Position numbers and translations under genes: made by a program
Part shown: positions 7,722 to 14,161 of the stretch, one piece after another
How the letters are laid out: every line of letters starts with the position of its first letter
Position numbering within the stretch: position 1 is the stretch's first letter
Notes under the pieces: generated by a model
Seen by the model: the letters and a program-made list of their open reading frames with translations, nothing else
Database searches by the model: none
What the model was told of the DNA's origin: nothing
Source: Candidatus Zixiibacteriota bacterium
Lineage (GTDB): Bacteria > Zixibacteria > MSB-5A5 > GN15 > FEB-12
Length of the DNA: 15,694 nucleotides
Assembly (NCBI GenBank): GCA_041742355.1
Contig: JBGSIV010000152.1
Location: 1 to 15,694, forward strand
Reading direction: 5' to 3'

Positions 7722-8794
7722 CACCATTCTCCCGCACTGACTTTTTCCAGAGCCATCAACCCAAATTCCCGAGCTTCATCGTAAGTCTTGGTGCCGAGCC
7801 ACTCCCTCACGGTCATCGTCGTCGACCCCGTAATGAACTCCCGTCTGGAAGAGTAGAACGCATTCAATGCAATGTTCAAGTCTTTGCCTACTGCCACAAC
7901 ATTCTCTGTGTTATGGATGGCATGGGCTCCAAACCGCCCGACTTGCGACTGCTCAACAATGTGATGCCACTGCATCCCTTCTCCTGCCGGCCCCAATGTT
8001 GCCTTCAGAGCATCGAACGACTCGAAATAGCGTACAGCCTTTCCGCCCGCCGCCGCCGCATCCACCGCTCTAGCAGCATCGATGGCGGCGTCGGCCACCT
8101 TTGCCGCCCTCGCCCCTTGGCGAATCGCACCGACGCCTGCGGGAACGAACGGTAGCGCCGTTGCCAGGCCATCTGCCGCCAATCCCAGAATGTCACCGGC
8201 GAATCCCCACCAGTCTCCTTCCTCAAAGTCCTCGGCCAAGAACTTGACATCGAGAGTCAAGTTGAAGGCATCCCAGAATATCTCAACCGCTTCTCCCTCA
8301 GGATCCACATACCTCATCGGATTGTCAAGAGTATAGACGTACGGGCTCCAAGCGGGGTACTCTTTAGGGAGGGGATCAATCGACTGGAACATCCCCAAGT
8401 TATCGTCGTAGTAGCGTTGCCCGTAGTAGTACACCTGCAAGCCGCCGTCCATATCCAATTCCTGCCCGGTGTACTGATGGGCTTGCCCGGTCGAAAGCGA
8501 GCGGTCGAGATTATCCCCGTACGAGTAATACTCGTACCGGTCCTTTACCGTCCCGGCGCTGTCCATGACCACCCGGGCCGAGCCGAGGTGATCATTGAGG
8601 TAGAAGTGCAGCCGACCATACTTGTCGTACATGGCTATGCGCTGGTCCCCGGCGTAGATGAAGAGGAAGTCAGGGAGGCTGTCCGGGTGGGGGTACTCGG
8701 CCAGGAGCTTCCCCCCTGCTCGCAGGTAGTACGTTTCGTACGTGCGGCTGAAAGTGCAGGAGTCGCCGATGCCGCCGTCAAGATCATCGATCAT
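7721..8794 (-). CDS. Orphan Rhs core + C-terminal WHH (HNH-like) toxin
   Basis: YLNDHLGSAR, YTGQELD...YYYGQRYYD...G.FQSIDP, SPYVYTLDNPMRYVDPEG (DPxG at 8305-8294). Then a ~190 aa tip with a hydrophobic pre-toxin stretch and FESFDALKATLGPAGEGMQWHHIVEQ...IHNTEN...TVREWL. In-frame TGA three codons upstream of the ATG, so no long YD-repeat body. Confidence 0.9.
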   Translation of the reverse strand: MIDDLDGGIGDSCTFSRTYETYYLRAGGKLLAEYPHPDSLPDFLFIYAGDQRIAMYDKYGRLHFYLNDHLGSARVVMDSAGTVKDRYEYYSYGDNLDRSLSTGQAHQYTGQELDMDGGLQVYYYGQRYYDDNLGMFQSIDPLPKEYPAWSPYVYTLDNPMRYVDPEGEAVEIFWDAFNLTLDVKFLAEDFEEGDWWGFAGDILGLAADGLATALPFVPAGVGAIRQGARAAKVADAAIDAARAVDAAAAGGKAVRYFESFDALKATLGPAGEGMQWHHIVEQSQVGRFGAHAIHNTENVVAVGKDLNIALNAFYSSRREFITGSTTMTVREWLGTKTYDEAREFGLMALEKVSAGEW

Positions 8795-8917
8795 AGACCT
8801 TCAATCCAATTGGACGAAAGTGCGTACCGTTGGCCCTCTAAGTCCCGTCCGTCTTCCCCACGGAGGCAGTTTCCAAAGTATGTCGTTGTGGTAGACGCTG
8901 ATCGTCCGCCGAATTCG

Positions 8918-8946
8918 TTGACACCTTCTCAGGTCGGCATGATACT
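8918..8946 (+). promoter_or_regulatory. IS-borne inward sigma70 promoter (pIRL-like)
   Basis: TTGACA (8918-8923), 17 bp spacer, GATACT (8941-8946), followed by GGAGG RBS (8953-8957) and ATG 8964. Confidence 0.65.
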
Positions 8947-8963
8947 GTCACCGGAGGCAGTCA

Positions 8964-9253
8964 ATGCAAGGGTGACGTCGCCGCTTCACGGCGGAATTCC
9001 AAGAGAAAGCCGTTCGGTAGCTCATCATTAGCGGACGGTCGTTAGCAGAGATCGCGCGGGAGTTGGGTATCTACGAGAAGGTGTTGTGCAGGTGGAAGCA
9101 GGCGACGGTGGCGATGGAAGGGGTAGCCAATTCGGTCGGCTCGTTGACCCTGGCCGAAGTGAATCATCGGCTGCGCCTGGAACAGGTCCGGGTGAAAGAG
9201 GAGCAGGCATCCCTGAGAGGCCCACGGCGTTCTTTGCCAGGGATTCGCGCTGA
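8964..9253 (+). pseudogene. IS3-family transposase OrfA (HTH + leucine zipper) pseudogene
   Basis: MQG*RRRFTAEFQEKAVR*LIISGRSLAEIARELGIYEKVLCRWKQ...EVNHRLRLEQVRVKEEQASL, then after a frameshift TAFFARDSR* (TGA 9251-9253). Premature stops at 8973 and 9018. Confidence 0.88.
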
Positions 9254-9530
9254 GGTTTGCCTTAATGGGGGTGCTAGAGACGGGGTTTCGGATTGCGGGC
9301 CGAGCGGCACAGGGTGACTACCGACTCCCGACACACGCCGGTAGTCCACGGTCATGTGCTGCAGCGGGACTTGGCGCTGGGGACAAGTCTTCCTCCGGTT
9401 ATGTTGACGCGTGGGGGTTGTCGTGGTCGCGAGTTGCCGTTCGAAATCGACCCGGCTCCGATTGTCCAACTTTTGGTGGATTCGATGCCGGCCCAACGCG
9501 CTGGGCAACGCGCCGTGTTCTCTGAACCCC

Positions 9531-9559
9531 TTGCGTTTCGGCCGCCAAGTTCCTATCTT
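9531..9559 (+). promoter_or_regulatory. Possible sigma70 promoter of the three-gene regulatory operon
   Basis: TTGCGT (9531-9536), 17 bp spacer, TATCTT (9554-9559), ~60 nt upstream of ATG 9622. Confidence 0.45.
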
Positions 9560-9621
9560 GGACTCACCAGGGTACTTTCAACGGTTTATGACGGGCCTGC
9601 GCAGAGGCGACGATCGACACC

Positions 9622-10704
9622 ATGGCCGAAGCAGAACACAGCATCCTCATTGCATTCCTCCGCTCTCCCTCGAGCCGGGATGCTTTCAATGTCTTCTATG
9701 ACCTGACCTACCGTCTCACCTGTGCCCACCTCCGCCGCCTCAGCTTCCAAGGCTATCGTCTCCCGATTGATGACCGCACCGACGCCGATCCCGTTGCCGA
9801 CCTCGCTGTGGATGTTCTGGCCGAGATCCTCGCTCCAGTGGGCGGCTTCCCATGCCCCGGCCTCTTCGCCTACCTGCGACGGCAGGGGTTTGAGGAATTC
9901 CGTGGCGAGAATGGCGAGTTCATCTATCTGCTCTTTACTGCTTTTCTCCGTCGGCAGATCTCCCAGCAACTCAGCCGACTCCGCAAGGACCGGTCGCCTC
10001 AAATCGAAAACCTCAAGCGACGCATCAAGGATATCGCCGGCGGCGCTGAGTTCTGTCAGTGGATCGACCCGGCAACCGGGCACAGCTTAGTTGCGCCCGC
10101 CGATTCAAGGATCGGCGCGACACCCGTCGGCCCCATTGTCAGCCGGGAACAGCTGCGCCTCCTCGTTCAGCAGGCATTCGCCGCGTCGACATCCCGCCAA
10201 GGTTGGTGCCGGGAGATTTTCCGCCTGCTTGGCGAGTTGCCCGACTTCCCGCCCGCTGTCTACCTGCACGACCTCCTCAGCCTGATGGTTGAGGTCAACG
10301 CCCGATTTCTCGACAGCGAGGAGTTCGCCCCGGCTCCCCTTCCGGGCCCCTGCGATACCTTCCTTCAGAAGGCGATCGAGACTGCCCGGTGCCGAGCCGT
10401 CCACGATACGTATGCGTCAACTATTCAACGATTTATCCAATCCCGCCGGATCCGTGCCGACGAAGGTGAGCGGTTTCGCCAAGCACTCGATGCGTACCTG
10501 ACCGATGTTTCCGCCGGCGACGGCCACGACAAGGTCCCGGACTACTTCCGGGAGGTCCTGCCGGAGGCATACCCCCGTTACCTAGCTGATTACAAGTACG
10601 TGTTCGAGGCCACGTTGGCCAAAGGCGAGCAACGATTTCGGGAGATTCTTCGCGATGATCCCACAATCGGCGCCTTTGGAGACTATCCCTTTGTGGGAGA
10701 ATAG
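9622..10704 (+). CDS. Divergent, enlarged sigma70/ECF-like protein
   Basis: 360 aa. N-terminus resembles sigma region 2 (RDAFNVFYDLTYRLTCAHLRR...DPVADLAVDVL...FTAFLRRQISQQLSRLRK); the last helix (VFEATLAKGEQRFREIL) resembles the end of region 4.2. Directly upstream of a ZAS anti-sigma-like gene. The gene is solid; the product call is moderate. Confidence 0.6.
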   Translation: MAEAEHSILIAFLRSPSSRDAFNVFYDLTYRLTCAHLRRLSFQGYRLPIDDRTDADPVADLAVDVLAEILAPVGGFPCPGLFAYLRRQGFEEFRGENGEFIYLLFTAFLRRQISQQLSRLRKDRSPQIENLKRRIKDIAGGAEFCQWIDPATGHSLVAPADSRIGATPVGPIVSREQLRLLVQQAFAASTSRQGWCREIFRLLGELPDFPPAVYLHDLLSLMVEVNARFLDSEEFAPAPLPGPCDTFLQKAIETARCRAVHDTYASTIQRFIQSRRIRADEGERFRQALDAYLTDVSAGDGHDKVPDYFREVLPEAYPRYLADYKYVFEATLAKGEQRFREILRDDPTIGAFGDYPFVGE

Positions 10705-10717
10705 AACGGAGTAGACC

Positions 10718-11575
10718 GTGCATGTAGGAGATAGTGATCTCATTCGATACCTGGCCGGCACGCTCCCCAAAGAGCGGCAGGCCGCTGTACAGGCGCACCT
10801 TAAGCAGTGTGAGCTGTGTCGGGAGGTGATTGACGATCTGCGCGAGTTTGGCGAAAGCTCCCCCATCGCTTCGACCACGCCCCTCCCCCCTGCCGCCCAA
10901 CGCCAGCGCGACCAGGTCTACCAGGATGCCCTGCGCGGTCGGGTTATACCGCTATCCCCCCTCGTGTCTAATCCCCCCGCCGAACAACCATACCGCCTCG
11001 CCGCCGACGGCCTTGCTTCCGACCGTCCCGAGGTCGAATGCCTCCAGGAGTACTTCTCAGAGTCGCCGGAGCTGGTCCTGCGCCTCATGCACCGCCGCTC
11101 CGACAACCAGAGTTGGGTTCAGCTTGTCGCCGATGATCCCGTTCTCGCCGCCCATGTCCTCCTGCGGTTGCCCGAGTCGGGCCAGGAACTCCTCACCGAC
11201 TCCTCGGGAAAAGCCGACCTCCCCAATCTCCCGGGCACGACTGAGGGCCTCCTCTGGGAGGTGAAGATGCCCGATGTCACGTTTACCCTCGACTCCCTTC
11301 AGTACGACCCCGAGAAGACCGAGTATGCGACCGAGACAATGCTCGAGAGCAACCGCCACGACCGGGTCCGGCTCCACTTCGAGGGGAAGACCGAGGGAAA
11401 ACAGCTGACCCTTGAGTTCCTCAACCTCGTCGATATCGCTGACACGGATAACCTCAAGGTGCTGGTAGTTGAGGGGACACAGGCCCATGTCGAAGATGCC
11501 AAGGGGGCGCGGACAGCTTCCGTCCGCCTTTCCGGCGCCACCAAGGCTCTCACGATCAGGCTCTACAAGGCATGA
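10718..11575 (+). CDS. Soluble zinc-binding anti-sigma-like protein (zf-HC2/ZAS N-terminus, beta-rich C-terminus)
   Basis: GTG start with GGAG RBS. MH....LIRYLAGTL..ERQAAVQAHLKQCELC carries the HxxxCxxC ZAS motif; Pro-rich linker with YRLAADG; no TM segment. Confidence 0.8.
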   Translation: MHVGDSDLIRYLAGTLPKERQAAVQAHLKQCELCREVIDDLREFGESSPIASTTPLPPAAQRQRDQVYQDALRGRVIPLSPLVSNPPAEQPYRLAADGLASDRPEVECLQEYFSESPELVLRLMHRRSDNQSWVQLVADDPVLAAHVLLRLPESGQELLTDSSGKADLPNLPGTTEGLLWEVKMPDVTFTLDSLQYDPEKTEYATETMLESNRHDRVRLHFEGKTEGKQLTLEFLNLVDIADTDNLKVLVVEGTQAHVEDAKGARTASVRLSGATKALTIRLYKA

Positions 11576-13998
11576 GTACCTCGCCGCTCCAGTTCGCCCG
11601 ATCATTCGGGGCGCTCAAGTCCGCGCTCGGGGCCGAGCTTGCACCTGACCACCACTTGCTTCGTCTGGTCGAGTTCTGGCCGCAACTGGCGGTCCACTGC
11701 GGCAACCCCTCATACGAGTCCTACTTTGCCGAATACAGGGCTCTGCTTGTCGCCGCCGTCTCGCCCGCAAGCCTAACCGACTGCACACCCGACGAGCTCA
11801 ACCGCATCCTCGCCGTCACCCTTGCTCTCGATTTGCCGGAACTTGTGACTGCTGTTCGGCGCGCGCTCACCCGGCTCCACGCCTTGCTCGGTGAAACCGA
11901 GAAAGCCGTGCTTGCCTGCGCCGAAATCACCGGCGAGGCCGTCCATCCGCTGCCCGGATTTCCCGACACCCCTTTGCTCTCGGAGCTCGACCGTCTGCTT
12001 GCCGCGGCCGACACCATTGATCCAGCCGCCCCGAAGACTGCCGGATTGCTCCGGGAAATCGCCGCCGCCTGGGAAGACGAACTGGGCCACCTTTGGTTTG
12101 ACCGGGTGCGCTGTCTGTTTGTCGAAACCAACGGGAGTGGATCGCCCCGAGGGAGGATGCGCACGCTCAGGGGATCGGTTGAGCCGATTGGCCCTCGTAC
12201 CTCCCGCTATGCCGCCGACGGCATTGACGAAGTCACATTTGAAGGGCAGTTGAAGACCGCCGAGGATCCCTTCATCGGCGTCGTGTACGACTCCCTAAAG
12301 GCGGTGCGAAATCTGCTTGAACGACCGACCCTCTCGTCGATCCGGTCGACCATTGGAAAACCCCTGTCTCAGTTGGCCGAAGGAATAGGTCGCCACAAGG
12401 AGCCGTTCTACCACGCCCACTACGAAATCGAACAGAATAAGCAGGTTGCATCCGGCGATTCGATCGGTCTCGCGGCCGCACTCATTGCCTATACCCAACT
12501 GCTCCGCCCGGAGATCATGCGCCACGAGCGGTTTGTGTCGTCCGAAGTCGCCTTCACCGGGAGCATTGCCGCTGATGGCACCCTCCTCCCGGTCAACCGG
12601 GCCACTCTCGGGGCCAAGTTGGAACGCGCCTGCCTCTCGCCGGTCCGCTACGTGGTGGTCCCGACCGCCAACGAATCTGACGCCCGTGTTGCCCTCGCCG
12701 CCTTGGCCGAGCGCTTCCCCAACCGCCGCCTCCGTCTGATTGCCGCCGATCGCCTGTCGGATGTCGTGGAGAACCACAATATCGTCCGCTCCGAGCGAGT
12801 GTGTATCGGCCAGTTTGTCGCCCGCAAAGCGGTCCGGTACGGTCGGATGACGAAGTTGCAGGTGCCGCTGCTGGCGGTGTTGATATACGTGCTGGTGTGC
12901 CTAATCTACCCGAAGGCGTGGATTTGGTTTGATTGGCAGGTCGCCGCCATTGTCCTCGATGGTAACCACTTTCATGCAGTGAACAAAGAAGGCCGAACCG
13001 TCTGGGCTTCCGGTGAATTTGATTTCACGTTGAAGGATTACAGCGTGGAAGGAGACACAGATCCTACTGGCGGCCATGGCCTGGTAATTGATCTTGACAA
13101 TGACGGCAGTAAAGAGGTCTTGTTCCAACCGATCCCATTGGATCACTCCAAGTCAGATGTCATTCAGCTTTACGACAGCAAGGGGAATCTGCTGTGGGAG
13201 CGACGAGCATTTGTTCAGACGGATTATCCGGGAGATGTCGCCAAAGCCGGGTACCGGCAATTTCAAGCATACACTGCAGGAGAGCTGTTCCCTTTCACAG
13301 CAAGCGACGGTCGAGGATACGCACTAGGTTGGGCGGCAGCTTCAATGCCGGCCCGGCAGCAGTTGGTCTTGTGGGCGAAAGATAGCAAACCCGTTTCAGT
13401 CTACTTGCACACGGGGAGCCTCATCGGGCCTCTCGCGAGAAGCGATGTGAACAGCGATGGTCAACTGGAGTTGTTTTTCGGATCAACAAACAACCGCTTC
13501 GAGCGCGCCTGCCTTCTCATAATCGATCCGTTGACCATGCGAGGGGTCAGCCCGCCTTGGAATGAACCATTGTTCCTGGCTTCTGGCATGTCCAAGGGGC
13601 ACCAAATGTACTACGTTGCGTTTCCAGAGACACCATTGTCCGAAGGCATGAACTGCCGCAACTGGGTTGTGTCGATCGATAAGGACACAGTATCCGGCGC
13701 GCTGATGGTTGGTGTAGACGAGGGTTCCGGAAGATCAATCGGCGAAACTAGGCTGACTCAGGGGGTCAATTGTCCGTGCATTCTCTACCATTTGGACCGC
13801 AACTTCATCCCTCAATACTGTGAGATGTCTGAAGGAAACTGCGAGTGGTTTCACACTTGCTTGCAGGGGATCAGGCGTGGGCCAATCGAGAATCTGGACT
13901 CTATGTACAATGAGCTTGTTCGCAATACGATTGTCTACTGCGGTGACTCTGTCGTCCATCACCTCGCCGCTGGCGTTGACTTCTACGCACTACCGTAA
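11572..13998 (+). CDS. Membrane-anchored Lon-type (S16-like) protease-domain protein with an extracytoplasmic FG-GAP-like domain
   Basis: ATGA-coupled to the anti-sigma gene. Helical N-terminus; Lon_C-like motifs H.H....SGDSIGLAAAL, VAFTGSI..DG.LLPV, GAK..A, YVVVPTAN; TM at about aa 431-453 after a basic stretch; C-terminal DLDNDGSKEVL and DVNSDGQLELFFG loops. No Walker A seen. Confidence 0.8.
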   Translation: MSTSPLQFARSFGALKSALGAELAPDHHLLRLVEFWPQLAVHCGNPSYESYFAEYRALLVAAVSPASLTDCTPDELNRILAVTLALDLPELVTAVRRALTRLHALLGETEKAVLACAEITGEAVHPLPGFPDTPLLSELDRLLAAADTIDPAAPKTAGLLREIAAAWEDELGHLWFDRVRCLFVETNGSGSPRGRMRTLRGSVEPIGPRTSRYAADGIDEVTFEGQLKTAEDPFIGVVYDSLKAVRNLLERPTLSSIRSTIGKPLSQLAEGIGRHKEPFYHAHYEIEQNKQVASGDSIGLAAALIAYTQLLRPEIMRHERFVSSEVAFTGSIAADGTLLPVNRATLGAKLERACLSPVRYVVVPTANESDARVALAALAERFPNRRLRLIAADRLSDVVENHNIVRSERVCIGQFVARKAVRYGRMTKLQVPLLAVLIYVLVCLIYPKAWIWFDWQVAAIVLDGNHFHAVNKEGRTVWASGEFDFTLKDYSVEGDTDPTGGHGLVIDLDNDGSKEVLFQPIPLDHSKSDVIQLYDSKGNLLWERRAFVQTDYPGDVAKAGYRQFQAYTAGELFPFTASDGRGYALGWAAASMPARQQLVLWAKDSKPVSVYLHTGSLIGPLARSDVNSDGQLELFFGSTNNRFERACLLIIDPLTMRGVSPPWNEPLFLASGMSKGHQMYYVAFPETPLSEGMNCRNWVVSIDKDTVSGALMVGVDEGSGRSIGETRLTQGVNCPCILYHLDRNFIPQYCEMSEGNCEWFHTCLQGIRRGPIENLDSMYNELVRNTIVYCGDSVVHHLAAGVDFYALP

Positions 13999-14121
13999 AT
14001 TCAAGGCTGCTCCCATCTACAAACTGCGTCTCTGGTTCCTATCTCTAATCAAAAGGTACACGAGTCCGCCGATTCTCTGAGTGCCTTTTCTTGGCATCTG
14101 GGCCGGGTAGGACGTACCGAC

Positions 14122-14141
14122 TTGCGACAAACTTTGTGCAA
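14122..14141. promoter_or_regulatory. Imperfect palindrome just upstream of the FG-GAP gene RBS
   Basis: TTGC(G)ACAAA-C-TTTGTGCAA: 9-bp arms with a single bulged G. Confidence 0.35.
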
Positions 14142-14161
14142 CTAGTAAGAAAGGAGCCTCT

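Larger units (their letters stand above)
8899..9270 (+). mobile_element. Inactive, truncated IS3-family insertion sequence (left IR + OrfA + first codons of OrfB)
   Basis: IRL-like TGATCGTCCGCCGAATTCGTTGACACC from 8899; OrfA pseudogene downstream; OrfB-like start (R-F-A-L-M) at the OrfA stop, after which transposase similarity ends. Confidence 0.8.

Noticed and set aside
8163..8183. Peptide LAADGLA in the Rhs pre-toxin region identical to the anti-sigma linker (and RYAADG in the protease at 12205-12222)
   Set aside because: Composed of very common residues with different codons; cannot be distinguished from chance without a known cleavage specificity.
8861..8961. Direct repeat CGGAGGCAGT at 8861 and 8952
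   Set aside because: Only two copies, one being the IS RBS; not a CRISPR array and not flanking the element as a target duplication.
9063..9317. 84-aa ORF as a standalone small protein
   Set aside because: It is the internal part of the disrupted IS3 OrfA.
9462..9485. TGTCCAACTTTTGGTGGA as a possible IS3 right inverted repeat
   Set aside because: Only patchy complementarity to the left IR, no terminal CA and no target duplication seen.
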